64,000 nt of DNA. Origin: Obrimoposthia wandeli (Eukaryota). Each line of letters opens with the position of its first letter. Position 1 is the stretch's first letter. The DNA lies in the NCBI GenBank assembly GCA_977020255.1, contig CDROCS010003914.1:62001-126000 (forward strand), given 5' to 3'. Both the position numbers and the translations under genes were made by a program. Shown here one piece after another: positions 39,310 to 50,514 of the stretch. The notes under the pieces are model-generated. The model searched no databases. It was not told the origin of the DNA and was given only the letters and a program-made list of their open reading frames with translations.

Positions 39310-41583
39310 ATGTCCAGTTTTATAACCGATGACAGTATAGAAGTACTGCCACTAAAAGATTTTACGGAAAAAGCCTACTTAGATTATTCTATGTACGTCA
39401 TTCTCGATCGCGCCTTACCGCATATCGGTGATGGGATGAAACCTGTGCAGCGCCGCATTGTGTATGCGATGAGTGAGCTAGGCTTAAAAAGTACCGCTAA
39501 ACATAAGAAATCAGCGCGTACGGTGGGTGATGTATTAGGTAAGTATCATCCTCACGGAGATAGTGCATGTTATGAAGCGATGGTGCTTATGGCACAGCCT
39601 TTTAGCTACCGCTACCCTCTAATCGATGGTCAAGGTAACTGGGGAGCACCGGATGATCCGAAATCGTTCGCTGCAATGCGTTATACCGAAGCGCGTTTAA
39701 CCCATTATTCTCAAGTATTGTTGCAAGAAGTAGCGCAGGGAACGGTTGATTGGGCGCCTAACTTTGATGGAACTTTGCACGAGCCTATTGTGTTGCCTGC
39801 TCGCTTACCTAATATATTACTCAACGGTGGTACAGGTATCGCAGTGGGGATGGCAACAGATATTCCACCGCACAATTTAGTAGAAGTCACTACTGCTTGT
39901 ATTCATTTACTGGAAAACCCACGGGCAACGCTAGAAGAAATTTGTGAATTTGTGCCAGGCCCAGATATGCCAACAGATGCAGAAATTATTTCTTCTAAAG
40001 AAGACTTACGCAAACTTTACACCAGTGGTAAAGGTTCAGTAAGAATGCGTGCATTGTGGAATAAAGAGCAAGGTGATGTGATTATCACCGCATTGCCACA
40101 TCAAGTGTCAGGGGCGAAAATTCTAGAGCAAATCGCTGGCCAGATGCAGCAAAAAAAGTTGCCGATGGTTGCGGATTTACGCGATGAATCTGATCATGAA
40201 AACCCAACACGCTTAGTTATAGTGCCTAGATCGAATCGTATAGATCTTGAGCAGTTAATGGCACATTTATTTGCATCGACTGACTTAGAGCGCACTTATC
40301 GTGTCAATATGAATATGATCGGTATTGATGGGCGTCCACAAGTAAAAGATTTACGACAAATTCTGACTGAATGGCTAAGTTGGCGTACTACGATTGTGCG
40401 CAAACGTTTGCAATATCGTTTAGATAAAGTGCTTGAGCGTTTGCATATCTTAGAAGGTTTAATGATCGCTTATCTGAATATTGATGAAGTGATCGAGATT
40501 ATTCGAACTCAGGATGATCCCAAATCGGTAATGATGGAACGCTTTAATATTTCTGATATTCAAGCAAATGCAGTATTAGATTTAAAATTACGTCATCTAG
40601 CTAAGCTTGAAGAATTTAAAATTAAAGGCGAGCAAGATGAGTTGGCACAAGAGCGCGATAAACTGCAGCTTATTCTAGGATCTGATCAGCGCATGCGTAC
40701 TTTAATTAAGAAAGAGCTAAAAGAAGATATGCAAGCCTATGGTGATGTTCGCCGTTCACCTATTGTTGCACGGGAAGAAGCGCGCGCATTTGATGAAAAA
40801 GATTTACTTTCATCAGAACCTGTAACAGCAGTGATTTCGAAACAGGGCTGGATTAGATTGGCCAAAGGCCATGATGTAGATGCCGCAGGATTAAGTTACA
40901 AATCTGGAGACAGTTTTAAAATATCTTGCCAGGGACGTATGAATCAGCCGTTAATACTGCTTGATTCAACTGGGCGTAGTTACACTATTGAAACTCATAA
41001 TTTGCCTTCAGCAAGAGGGCAAGGGGAGCCTATAACCGGTACTATTTCTATGCCAAAAGGTGCCACTATTGATGCAGCCGTGACAGGTGGCGATAAAAGC
41101 CAAGTGTTACTTGCGTCAGATGCAGGTTATGGCTTCTTAACAACCATTGCTGACTTATCTAGTAAAACTAAGAATGGTAAGGCTGCTTTAAGCTTATCTA
41201 AAAATGCACTGTTACTCACATCAACTAATATTGAAGTGGCTGGGGATAAGTTGCTGGCAGCGGTGACAAATGAAGGACGTATGTTAGTTTTCCCAATATC
41301 AGAACTACCTGAGCTTGCAAAAGGCAAAGGCAATAAAATTATCAATGTTCCAGCGGCTAAAGCGCTAGCGCGTGAAGAGCTGATGATTGAGCTGGTGGTG
41401 TTTAGCCCAACAGATACAATATTAGTACACTCTGGTAAGCAGCATTTACGTTTAAAGCCTTCCGATATCGAACACTTTGTTGCAGAACGTGGACGCAGAG
41501 GAAATAAATTACCAAGGGGTTATCAGCGGGTTGAACGTATGGAAGTTGTCAGTGATAGCCCACAGCAACTAGAAGGAGAATAG
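39310..41583 (+). CDS. parC: DNA topoisomerase IV subunit A
   Basis: [22 protein letters not shown] (wild-type quinolone-resistance region), AAMRYTE. Confidence 0.98.
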   Translation: MSSFITDDSIEVLPLKDFTEKAYLDYSMYVILDRALPHIGDGMKPVQRRIVYAMSELGLKSTAKHKKSARTVGDVLGKYHPHGDSACYEAMVLMAQPFSYRYPLIDGQGNWGAPDDPKSFAAMRYTEARLTHYSQVLLQEVAQGTVDWAPNFDGTLHEPIVLPARLPNILLNGGTGIAVGMATDIPPHNLVEVTTACIHLLENPRATLEEICEFVPGPDMPTDAEIISSKEDLRKLYTSGKGSVRMRALWNKEQGDVIITALPHQVSGAKILEQIAGQMQQKKLPMVADLRDESDHENPTRLVIVPRSNRIDLEQLMAHLFASTDLERTYRVNMNMIGIDGRPQVKDLRQILTEWLSWRTTIVRKRLQYRLDKVLERLHILEGLMIAYLNIDEVIEIIRTQDDPKSVMMERFNISDIQANAVLDLKLRHLAKLEEFKIKGEQDELAQERDKLQLILGSDQRMRTLIKKELKEDMQAYGDVRRSPIVAREEARAFDEKDLLSSEPVTAVISKQGWIRLAKGHDVDAAGLSYKSGDSFKISCQGRMNQPLILLDSTGRSYTIETHNLPSARGQGEPITGTISMPKGATIDAAVTGGDKSQVLLASDAGYGFLTTIADLSSKTKNGKAALSLSKNALLLTSTNIEVAGDKLLAAVTNEGRMLVFPISELPELAKGKGNKIINVPAAKALAREELMIELVVFSPTDTILVHSGKQHLRLKPSDIEHFVAERGRRGNKLPRGYQRVERMEVVSDSPQQLEGE

Positions 41584-41604
41584 CTAGTTAGCATGCAAAT
41601 GCTA

Positions 41605-41636
41605 CAGCAAGCTTGGTTTAATCACCATGCTTGCTG
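41605..41636. terminator. Hairpin between convergent parC and the AhpA/YtjB-like gene
   Basis: CAGCAAGCTTGGT-ttaatc-ACCATGCTTGCTG. Confidence 0.65.
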
Positions 41637-41719
41637 CTAGATATTTATATCTAGTTTAAACTCCAAATAAAGTATCTAATTAGGATTGTTTATAGTATCG
41701 AGTAGCTAAACAATGTGAG

Positions 41720-43330
41720 TTACATGCTCTTAACTAAATGCCTAGCCTGCTTTTCTAGTAGTTCTTGGTAGCCGGGGTTTAGCTGCAGAATTAATATTTT
41801 ATCTTCTTCTTGTCTTTCCGTTACTGAAGCTTGTAACAGCGAATCTTTTAAAGCTTTGACTTCACTTAATGGCGTGTGACTAATAAGTTCATTGGATAGT
41901 GTTGTACGTGTTAGGAAGTGAGATTCTTCTCGCAAAATTTCCATTTTATTGCGGTTGCCGCGTACCAGGGCTATCTGAATGTTTAAGGTTGGTTGCATAC
42001 GCGTAATTTGGCGATGGTTATAATATTTATATAACTGGTTAAACAGTTTGGCAGCGCATAGTGCCTGGATACCATGGTTATCGTTAGAATCTTGATCATC
42101 AAATAAAATTCGAATATCGCCATTTGCTAACAACTCAACGTCCCCGCCATAGATGTTGATAACCAGTTTTACTAGACGTCGATACTGGCTAAGTAAGTTA
42201 TTATGTTCATCTGCATCTTCAATCGATGACCGACCGCTACTACAATCTATAAAGAGTAAGTATGCAGCATCAGAGCCTTTCAAACTTAACTCTGTTTGAT
42301 GTTCTAAAGAGTATAAATCTAGTTGTTCTTCATGAGGATGGTGCCTAAGCAGGGGGTTCTCATAGGTTTTACTGCTCACACTTAAATCTTCTTCTACTAA
42401 CTGTATTGATTGTGTCAATTCGATTTCATCGGCATTAGTTTTGTTCTGAGATTGCTTGATATCTGCTTGGTTGGTAAAGGGTTTGAAGTGTGGCATTCGT
42501 TGCTGACTGTCAGGTTTTAACAAGGAAACCAATCCTTGATTTTCAGCAGTGGTTGGTGTTTGAGCGCTTAACTGCGAAGGCGCTTCGCTGGCACTGGCCT
42601 GTGCTTCTTCGCAGTAAGTATCAGCAGTTGAAGCCGATTCCAAATCAACAATAGCAAGTGATATCGCGGGTGGACTGTTACTGGGGGTTGAAAGATCAGG
42701 TACTGTTTCAGTTTGGTGGATTAGTTGTTCTGATTTAGGCGCGGCTTGAGAAAGCTCCATTGAGAAGCGATGTTGAAGTAGTGGTTTATATTGGTTGCTA
42801 AAATCACGTAGTGTTTTTTTCGCCAAATAAGCAATAACAACCAGAGTTAACAAAGCAGTGAGCATTGCTAAAATAATAAAGACCCAAAGCAGTTTATTAA
42901 AAAAAATGTTGGCAGGTTCTGTATTGATGTAAAATATTATTTCGCCAATGGCAAGTTGCTGGCTAAAAACAATCTGCATTTGTGTTTCGCCAATATCAGT
43001 ACCCGCTCTAGCTAATAGTTTGCCTTTGGCGTTTGATAGAGTAATACCATGCACAAAATCAGCTTGTGCTAAAGTTTGCAAATAAACATTCATACTTAAA
43101 GTGTCATGAGTGAGTATCATAGGTTGCAAGGTAAGCTGAGCTTGCTTTTTAACGATTAACACTTGGTTATCTGTATAGAGCTTCGCTTGATTTTGAGACA
43201 TTACATAAATGAAAATGCTGCTAGCTAAAATGCATAATAGCATGACCAATGCAGCCGAAATCACCAATTTAGTTGGCGATGGCTCAAAAAAAGTTGTACC
43301 TGAGCTGGAATTTGAAAGGTTATTTGTCAT
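41720..43330 (-). CDS. AhpA/YtjB-like membrane protein with C-terminal degenerate class III nucleotidyl-cyclase-like domain
   Basis: TM1, periplasmic HDTLSMNVYL...GITLSNAKGKLLARAG domain, TM2, S/P/T/Q-rich linker, then LLFID...YGGDV...GDIRILF...IQIALVRG. Located downstream of parC as in Pseudomonas. Confidence 0.6.
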   Translation of the reverse strand: MTNNLSNSSSGTTFFEPSPTKLVISAALVMLLCILASSIFIYVMSQNQAKLYTDNQVLIVKKQAQLTLQPMILTHDTLSMNVYLQTLAQADFVHGITLSNAKGKLLARAGTDIGETQMQIVFSQQLAIGEIIFYINTEPANIFFNKLLWVFIILAMLTALLTLVVIAYLAKKTLRDFSNQYKPLLQHRFSMELSQAAPKSEQLIHQTETVPDLSTPSNSPPAISLAIVDLESASTADTYCEEAQASASEAPSQLSAQTPTTAENQGLVSLLKPDSQQRMPHFKPFTNQADIKQSQNKTNADEIELTQSIQLVEEDLSVSSKTYENPLLRHHPHEEQLDLYSLEHQTELSLKGSDAAYLLFIDCSSGRSSIEDADEHNNLLSQYRRLVKLVINIYGGDVELLANGDIRILFDDQDSNDNHGIQALCAAKLFNQLYKYYNHRQITRMQPTLNIQIALVRGNRNKMEILREESHFLTRTTLSNELISHTPLSEVKALKDSLLQASVTERQEEDKILILQLNPGYQELLEKQARHLVKSM

Positions 43331-43583
43331 TATTTCTAATTAATTTTAAATAGCATAAAATTTCTGTGTCAATAGGGATGATTAAGGAGTTGAGGGCGTA
43401 GTATAATTACATTTAATTCCCATTGCACCTTTGATAGATATTAGCTGGAAATTAACCGGTTGATTTTTTAATTATATTTTATAATGCGATTTAAAAATAA
43501 CAATTATTACTGATGACCTCATCACCCGAAGCCATAAATGACTATTAAATTAATTTAAAAATTAATGAGCAAGAGCGAAAAAA

Positions 43584-44840
43584 ATGAGTATTGAAAAATA
43601 CATGCAAGCATTAGGAGAAAAAGCGCGGGCTGCTTCTCGCACCATTGCCAGCGTTGATTCTAAACAGAAGAATTTAGCGTTACAGTATATGGCTGTTGCT
43701 CTTGATGAAAATCGTAGTGTTCTTATTCAAGCCAATGCTAGAGATATAGCAAATGGCGAACAAAAAGGCTTGTCGGCTCCTATGTTGGATCGTCTTAATA
43801 TTGATGATGCTAGCATTGATAAGATGATAGAAAGTTTAAAGCAAGTGGCTGCTTTGCCTGATCCCATCGGCGGGATTAGTGATATGCGGTTTCTCGATAG
43901 TGGTATTCAATTAGGGAAAATGCGTGTGCCATTAGGCGTGATCGGGATTATTTATGAATCCAGACCTAACGTCACGGTAGAAGCGGCGAGCTTATGTTTG
44001 AAATCGGGCAATGCAACTATTTTACGCGGTGGGTCAGAAGCGATTCATTCAAATAAAGCTATCGCTGAATGTATTTCTTTAGGTTTACAGGCAGCGAATT
44101 TACCCGCAGATGTAGTACAAGTTATTACCACGACAGATAGAGAGGCCGTGGGTAAGTTGATTACAATGACTGAGTATGTGGATGTTATTATTCCACGAGG
44201 CGGCAAAAGCTTGATTGAGCGCATTAGCCAAGATGCTAAAGTGCCAGTGATTAAACATTTAGATGGCATTTGCCATGTATATATCGATAGGGAGGCGGAT
44301 CTTAAAAAAGCTTCAGATATCGCATTTAACGCTAAAACACGCCGCTATGGTGTTTGTAATGCGATGGAAACATTGCTAGTACATAAAGATGTTGCTGAAC
44401 AAGTGCTACCTAAGTTGTGTGAACGCTTTAATGAGAAAGGCGTAGAGCTGCGAGGTTGTATAAGCAGTCAAGCTATTGTGGAATCGATGCTAGAGGCTAG
44501 CGAAGAAGATTGGTCAACTGAGTATTTAGCGGCAATTTTATCAATTAAGATAGTAGATAGTTTAAGTGCGGCTATTACACATATTAATACTTATAGCTCA
44601 GCTCATACTGATGCAATAGTGACTGAAAACTACACTAATTCTAGGATGTTTCTCAAACAGGTCGACTCAAGCTCGGTGATGGTAAATGCCTCAACGGCTT
44701 TCGCCGATGGTTTTGAATATGGCTTAGGTGCCGAAATAGGTATCTCAACGGATAAGATTCATGTCAGGGGGCCTGTTGGATTAGAAGGGCTCACATCGCA
44801 AAAATTTATTGTATTGGGCGATGGAGAAATTCGCCAATAG
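43584..44840 (+). CDS. proA: Gamma-glutamyl phosphate reductase
   Basis: [50 protein letters not shown]. Confidence 0.97.
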   Translation: MSIEKYMQALGEKARAASRTIASVDSKQKNLALQYMAVALDENRSVLIQANARDIANGEQKGLSAPMLDRLNIDDASIDKMIESLKQVAALPDPIGGISDMRFLDSGIQLGKMRVPLGVIGIIYESRPNVTVEAASLCLKSGNATILRGGSEAIHSNKAIAECISLGLQAANLPADVVQVITTTDREAVGKLITMTEYVDVIIPRGGKSLIERISQDAKVPVIKHLDGICHVYIDREADLKKASDIAFNAKTRRYGVCNAMETLLVHKDVAEQVLPKLCERFNEKGVELRGCISSQAIVESMLEASEEDWSTEYLAAILSIKIVDSLSAAITHINTYSSAHTDAIVTENYTNSRMFLKQVDSSSVMVNASTAFADGFEYGLGAEIGISTDKIHVRGPVGLEGLTSQKFIVLGDGEIRQ

Positions 44841-44842
44841 TC

Positions 44843-45508
44843 ATGTTAGATCAAGTAAATCAGAAAACAACAGTACCTGCTTATATATTTATGGGGGGGA
44901 CGTTTGACCCGGTACATTGTGGGCATATAGAAGGTGCTATAGGCGTTAGTCAGCTATTTGATAATAACTTGGTACATTTACTGCCAGCTAAAATACCTGT
45001 GCATAAACAGCAGCCTAGTACGAGTGTAGCGCAGCGCATAGCAATGTTAAAACTCGCTATCGAAGAGTATGAAACAATAGCGCTTGATTTAAGAGAAGTG
45101 GAAGCGACTACTGAATCTTTCACTATACAGTCTCTTAAGCAGTTACGATGCGAATTGGGTACAAAACGCTCTTTGATTATGGTTATCGGTATGGATTCCT
45201 TCCTTACGTTACCGCAATGGCGTGATAATGAACAATTTTTGCGACTGTGCCATATTGTGGTATTACAGCGGCCTAACTATCAACACAATACGTTAACGCA
45301 TCCCCCGCTATTCTTGGAAAATATAGTGGAATCAGTTGATGCGCTAAAAAGCAGCAGTGCAGGAAAGATATTCTTCCTGTCACAGCCACCGATAGATATT
45401 TCTGCGAGTGAAATTCGCCAGCAAATATCAAAGAGTAAAACGGCTAATTTGCTACCTGTTAAAGTAGCGAATTACATTAATAGACATCATCTATATCAAG
45501 AGATGTAA
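44843..45508 (+). CDS. nadD: Nicotinate-nucleotide adenylyltransferase
   Basis: GGTFDPVHCGH, IGMDSF, ISASEIR. Confidence 0.93.
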   Translation: MLDQVNQKTTVPAYIFMGGTFDPVHCGHIEGAIGVSQLFDNNLVHLLPAKIPVHKQQPSTSVAQRIAMLKLAIEEYETIALDLREVEATTESFTIQSLKQLRCELGTKRSLIMVIGMDSFLTLPQWRDNEQFLRLCHIVVLQRPNYQHNTLTHPPLFLENIVESVDALKSSSAGKIFFLSQPPIDISASEIRQQISKSKTANLLPVKVANYINRHHLYQEM

Positions 45509-45557
45509 GTGCGGGTTTTCATGCTCGTACAAATTTAAACTTAAGGTAACAGGCAAA

Positions 45558-45914
45558 ATGCAAAACGAAAAAGTAATTGAATTGGCAGTAGCTGAATTAG
45601 AAGAACTAAAAGCTATTAATATTGAAGTAATTGATGTCAGAGAAAAATCAAGTGTAACGGATTATATGATTGTCTGTAGCGGAACTTCTAGACGCCATGT
45701 GATGTCTATCGCTTCTAAAGTAGAAGATGAGTTAAAAGAAAAGTCTATTGTTGCGATTAGCAGTGAAGGGCATAAAAGTGGAGATTGGGTAATCGTGGAT
45801 TTATCTGATGTTGTTATCCACGTTTTAACCACTGAAGCTCGCGAATTGTATGATTTAGAAAAGCTATGGCGCTTTGATATGAAGCCAGAAGCGATTATCC
45901 AAGAAACGGATTAA
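45558..45914 (+). CDS. rsfS: Ribosome silencing factor
   Basis: SGTSRRHV, WVIVDLSDVVIHV, YDLEKLW. Confidence 0.95.
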   Translation: MQNEKVIELAVAELEELKAINIEVIDVREKSSVTDYMIVCSGTSRRHVMSIASKVEDELKEKSIVAISSEGHKSGDWVIVDLSDVVIHVLTTEARELYDLEKLWRFDMKPEAIIQETD

Positions 45915-45981
45915 TAGCCTGTTATCAAACACTAAAGAATCTCACTCAATACATTGTCAATAGGTTTGAAATAATAGCATT

Positions 45982-46449
45982 ATGAAAATTAAGTTATTGG
46001 CAGTCGGTGGAAAAATGCCTGCATGGGTTACTACCGGTTTTAATGAGTATAACAAACGCATGCCAAATGAATTGCATGTCGAGTTAGTAGAGCTTCCTTT
46101 AGGCCATAGAGGTAAAGGTGCGGACTTAGCTAGAGCCATTAAAAAAGAAGGGGATGCAATGTTAGCAGCAATCCCCAATGGTGATTGGGTAGTCGCACTG
46201 GAGGTTGGAGGCAAAAATTGGTCTACTGAGCAGTTAGCAACACATCTTGAAACTTGGCAGATGAACGGCCGTAATTTGTGTCTGCTAATTGGTGGGCCCG
46301 ATGGCTTAGATTCGCGTTGTAGTGCGATGGCAGATCAAAAATGGTCTCTTTCAGCTTTAACATTACCGCACCCATTAGTACGGATTTTATTATCCGAGCA
46401 ACTTTATCGAGCCTGGACTGTTACCCAGGGACACCCATATCATAAATAG
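45982..46449 (+). CDS. rlmH: 23S rRNA pseudouridine1915 N3-methyltransferase
   Basis: [20 protein letters not shown]...EQLYRA...HPYHK. Confidence 0.97.
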   Translation: MKIKLLAVGGKMPAWVTTGFNEYNKRMPNELHVELVELPLGHRGKGADLARAIKKEGDAMLAAIPNGDWVVALEVGGKNWSTEQLATHLETWQMNGRNLCLLIGGPDGLDSRCSAMADQKWSLSALTLPHPLVRILLSEQLYRAWTVTQGHPYHK

Positions 46450-46454
46450 GTTTT

Positions 46455-48368
46455 ATGTCAGGATACGCACGTTTTAAAGATCACCCAGAAGAGCGCAGAA
46501 CTTTTCAATTAAGGGCGTTGATTGCTTTTCTTTTAGTGTTGATAGCGATGGGCGGCTTACTGTCGCGTATGTATTTCCTACAAGTTGTCGAGAATGATAG
46601 ATACTCTGCTATCTCTGATAAGAACCGTATCCAATTAAAACCGGAAAAGCCTACCAGAGGTTTAATTTTTGATCGCTCAGGGGTGTTAATTGCCGATAAC
46701 AAGCCCAGCTATAATGTCACAATATTAAAAGAAGAAATGGGAAAAGATTTAAATGACATCGTAGAGAGCGTTGCAAAGATCATTAATATTTCAGCAAGAG
46801 ATTTAGAACGATTTAATAAGCGTCTAAAAAGACGCCGTCGACCTTATGAATCGGTGTTGTTGCGCTCCAGATTATCTTCAGAAGAAATAGCAATGCTGTC
46901 GGTTAATTATCATCGTTTACCGGGTGTTAGGGTTGAAGCTGACCTTATTCGAGTATATCCCTATGGTGAAACGCTCGTTCACGCCATGGGTTACGTTGGG
47001 CGTATAAACGAAAAAGAATTAAATCGCGTTGATGAACGAAATTATGCTGCAACTAACTATATCGGCAAGTTAGGCATTGAAAAGTACTACGAAGAAGAGC
47101 TGCATGGCACTGTCGGTATGCGTAAGGTTGAAACTAACGCTCGTGGACGTGTAATGCGTGTGCTTGAAAAGCAAGAGCCTATCCCAGGTAGAGATTTACA
47201 GCTAACAATCGATTTACCACTGCAGCAAATTTCCGAAAAATTACTAGTAGGTGAAAAAGCATCGGTAGTGGCAATAGACCCCAAGACAGGTGGCATTTTA
47301 GCTTTGGTTTCCACTCCGGGTTATGATCCCAACTTGTTTGTGACAGGCATTTCAAATAAAGATTATAGCGCGTTGCGTGAATCCCCTGATTTACCTTTAT
47401 TCAATAGAGCGATACGCGGCGGCTACCCTCCAGGTTCAACAATTAAACCAATTACTGCACTGGCTGCAATAGATAGTGGTAGTGTTCCATTAACGCATAC
47501 CGTATACGATCCAGGGTGGTACACAATTGCGGATGATAGATATAAACGCAAGTATCGAGATTGGAAACGTGGTGGGCACGGCAAAGTTAATTTGAATTTA
47601 GCGCTAGCACAATCTTGCGATGTTTGGTTTTACGATGCCGCGCATAAAACGGGTGTGGATAATATATCTTACTATATGGATATGTTTGGGTTAGGTAAAG
47701 TCACCAGTTTAGATTTACCAGAAGCGATACCCGCTTTACTACCGACTAAAGAATGGAAGAAAAGGCGTTATAAACAAGCTTGGTATCCGGGTGATTCGCT
47801 AAATCTGAGCATTGGGCAAGGGTATCTAGTTACAACCCCACTGCAGCTTGCGACGACTGCAATGCTATTGGCTAACAGGGGAGTGTGGAAGCAGCCTAGG
47901 CTATTAAAAGGATTCAGAGAAGTTAATAAGCAAGGTGTTGTGACTTTGAAACAGCCAAGTATGCAAGGTCGTAACCCACAACCGGCAGATGTGAAGTTAA
48001 ATAATGATGCTTACTGGGATGATATTATTGCAGGTATGGTTGCGGTGGTGAACGGGCGCCGAGGAACAGCGCGCAAAATTGGTAAAAACTCGCCTTACAT
48101 CATGGCAGGCAAAACAGGCACAGCGCAAGTGGTTGGTATTAAGCAAGGTGAAAGGTACGATAAAAGTAAGCTCAAAAAGAAGTTTCAAGATCACGCTTTG
48201 TTTATTGCTTTTGCACCGGTTGATGATCCTAAAATTGCCATTGCGGTGGTGGTTGAAAATGGCGGAGGTGGTTCGAGTACTGCAGCACCACTGGCAAAAA
48301 AAATTATGGATGCTTACTTGTTAGGTGTTGATCCAGAACAGCAACAATGGGGTGGAGAGGTTTTATGA
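46455..48368 (+). CDS. mrdA: Penicillin-binding protein 2
   Basis: PTRGLI.DR, SxxK (PGSTIKP), SCD, KTG (GKTGTAQ). Confidence 0.96.
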   Translation: MSGYARFKDHPEERRTFQLRALIAFLLVLIAMGGLLSRMYFLQVVENDRYSAISDKNRIQLKPEKPTRGLIFDRSGVLIADNKPSYNVTILKEEMGKDLNDIVESVAKIINISARDLERFNKRLKRRRRPYESVLLRSRLSSEEIAMLSVNYHRLPGVRVEADLIRVYPYGETLVHAMGYVGRINEKELNRVDERNYAATNYIGKLGIEKYYEEELHGTVGMRKVETNARGRVMRVLEKQEPIPGRDLQLTIDLPLQQISEKLLVGEKASVVAIDPKTGGILALVSTPGYDPNLFVTGISNKDYSALRESPDLPLFNRAIRGGYPPGSTIKPITALAAIDSGSVPLTHTVYDPGWYTIADDRYKRKYRDWKRGGHGKVNLNLALAQSCDVWFYDAAHKTGVDNISYYMDMFGLGKVTSLDLPEAIPALLPTKEWKKRRYKQAWYPGDSLNLSIGQGYLVTTPLQLATTAMLLANRGVWKQPRLLKGFREVNKQGVVTLKQPSMQGRNPQPADVKLNNDAYWDDIIAGMVAVVNGRRGTARKIGKNSPYIMAGKTGTAQVVGIKQGERYDKSKLKKKFQDHALFIAFAPVDDPKIAIAVVVENGGGGSSTAAPLAKKIMDAYLLGVDPEQQQWGGEVL

Positions 48369-49501
48369 ACAAAGACTTTTCGCGTTCAATGGCTAACTCC
48401 AGTTCCCACTTGAAAACTAAGCCTGGATTATGGAGCTATACGCATCTAGATGCCCCACTTTTGATTTTAATCATTGCGCTGTGTGCGTTTGGGTTATTCG
48501 TTTTATACAGTGCATCAGCACAGGACTCTGGTTATGTCATGCGCCAGGGAGTTCGAATGGGCATCGGGTTTTTAGCAATGATTTTTGTTGCACAAATAAG
48601 TCCGAGTTTACTAGAGCGTTGGGCGCCATGGGTGTATGGATTAGGCGTTATACTGCTAATATGTGTATTGCTGTTTGGGGTGGGCGCAAAAGGAGCTCAA
48701 CGTTGGTTAGCGCTACCTGGTATTAGAATTCAACCTTCGGAAATTATCAAAGTAGTGCTCCCTTTAACGGTTGCTTTTTGCTTGGCAGGGAGGCCTTTAC
48801 CACCAACGATAAAGCAATGCAGTGTCGCGTTATTATTAATTGCTTTACCTACCTTATTAATAATGAAACAGCCTGATTTAGGCACTTCTTTAGTGATAGC
48901 ATCATCGGGTGTATTTGTATTATTATTTTCAGGAATTCGCTGGCGTTTTATTTTCTTGGCGTTAGCCGTTGCCGCTGCCTGTTTGCCGCTGCTTTGGATG
49001 TTTATGAAAGATTATCAAAAGCAGCGGGTATTGACTTTTCTAGACCCTGAGAGTGATCCGCTCGGTACTGGATGGAACATTATACAGTCAAAAACTGCAA
49101 TCGGATCAGGCGGTTTTAGCGGTAAAGGCTGGTTAGAGGGAACCCAATCGCAACTCAATTTTTTACCAGAATCGCACACAGACTTTATAGTTGCAGTTCT
49201 AGCTGAAGAGCAAGGGCTTTTAGGTGTAGCAACATTAATTGGTTTATATGTATTGATTATTGCTCGGGGTTTATGGATGGCTTCGAAAATTAGTGATAGT
49301 TTTGGTCGTTTAATTTGCGGTAGTATAATCTTAACCTTTTTTGTATTTATTTTTGTCAATGTAGGTATGGTCAGTGGCATACTACCGGTAGTTGGGCTGC
49401 CGTTACCGATGATGAGTTATGGTGGTACATCCATTGTGACTTTAATGATTGGATTTGGGGTTGTCATGTCAGTATATACCCACCGTAACATAGTCATTTA
49501 A
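48365..49501 (+). CDS. rodA: Rod shape-determining protein RodA
   Basis: GAQRW, QPSE, QPDLGT, PESHTDF, SYGGTS; ATG overlaps the mrdA stop. Confidence 0.96.
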   Translation: MNKDFSRSMANSSSHLKTKPGLWSYTHLDAPLLILIIALCAFGLFVLYSASAQDSGYVMRQGVRMGIGFLAMIFVAQISPSLLERWAPWVYGLGVILLICVLLFGVGAKGAQRWLALPGIRIQPSEIIKVVLPLTVAFCLAGRPLPPTIKQCSVALLLIALPTLLIMKQPDLGTSLVIASSGVFVLLFSGIRWRFIFLALAVAAACLPLLWMFMKDYQKQRVLTFLDPESDPLGTGWNIIQSKTAIGSGGFSGKGWLEGTQSQLNFLPESHTDFIVAVLAEEQGLLGVATLIGLYVLIIARGLWMASKISDSFGRLICGSIILTFFVFIFVNVGMVSGILPVVGLPLPMMSYGGTSIVTLMIGFGVVMSVYTHRNIVI

Positions 49502-49513
49502 GGATTGGAGAAG

Positions 49514-50506
49514 ATGAAGTTAGTTAAAATGTTCACTAGTTATCTATTATTGTGCGTCGCTATATTATCCCAGCCAGTGATGGCGGTCAGTTACGAGAAG
49601 CACCCAGAAGCTTTGCGATGGATGGATAATATGGTCAAAGAAGGTTTTTCTAAAGCGTATTTAAAAAAAGTACTAAAAAATGCTAGGCGTCAAAACTCTA
49701 TTTTAAAAGCATTTAACCGACCGGCAGAATCGCGTTTGAGTTGGACTAAATATAGAGCACGATTTCTAGAGCGCGGGCGCATCGAAAACGGAAACAAATT
49801 TTGGAAGAAACATCAGAAAACGCTAGCAAGAGCTGAACAACAATTTGGTGTCCCTGCACAAATGATAGTCTCTATTATTGGTGTAGAAACACGTTATGGA
49901 AAAGTGACGGGCAGCTATAGAGTGTTAGATGCATTAGCGACTATTGCTTTTGATTATAAGAGACGTGCAAAATTCTTTCAAAATGAGCTAAAAGAATTTT
50001 TACTACTGACAAAAGAAGTTAAAATGCCTTATACACAGCCTAAAGGGTCATACGCGGGGGCTATGGGTTATGGGCAGTTTATCCCTTCAAGTTATCGTAA
50101 ATATGCAATTGATTTCGATGGTGATGGAAAGATAGATATTTTGAAAAACCCAAAAGATGCCATAGGCAGTGTTGCCAATTATTTAGCGGAACACGGATGG
50201 TTAAAAAATAAAGCAGTCATTGTCGCTGCAAAAATGCCAAAAAAGATTGATAAGAGCTGGTATAACAATGGATTGGATTTGAAAGTAACTTTGAAACAGT
50301 GGCACAAGCGCGCTGTCAAAGGGGCAGAAAAGTTAGATCAATCATCAAAAGCAACGCTGATGAAATTAATGTATGACAAAAAAGATCAGTACTGGTTTGG
50401 GCTGCAAAATTTTTACGTAATAACTCGGTATAATCGCAGTAGGTATTATGCGATGGCTGTTTACCAATTAAGTCAAATCATTAAAGCAGAAAACAAGTTG
50501 AGTTGA
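49514..50506 (+). CDS. mltB: Lytic murein transglycosylase B family (SltB1-like, no lipobox)
   Basis: IIGVET (catalytic Glu), GSYAGAMG..QFIPSSY, DFDGDG EF-hand, YNRS..YAMAV. Confidence 0.92.
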   Translation: MKLVKMFTSYLLLCVAILSQPVMAVSYEKHPEALRWMDNMVKEGFSKAYLKKVLKNARRQNSILKAFNRPAESRLSWTKYRARFLERGRIENGNKFWKKHQKTLARAEQQFGVPAQMIVSIIGVETRYGKVTGSYRVLDALATIAFDYKRRAKFFQNELKEFLLLTKEVKMPYTQPKGSYAGAMGYGQFIPSSYRKYAIDFDGDGKIDILKNPKDAIGSVANYLAEHGWLKNKAVIVAAKMPKKIDKSWYNNGLDLKVTLKQWHKRAVKGAEKLDQSSKATLMKLMYDKKDQYWFGLQNFYVITRYNRSRYYAMAVYQLSQIIKAENKLS

Positions 50507-50514
50507 AGGATTAT

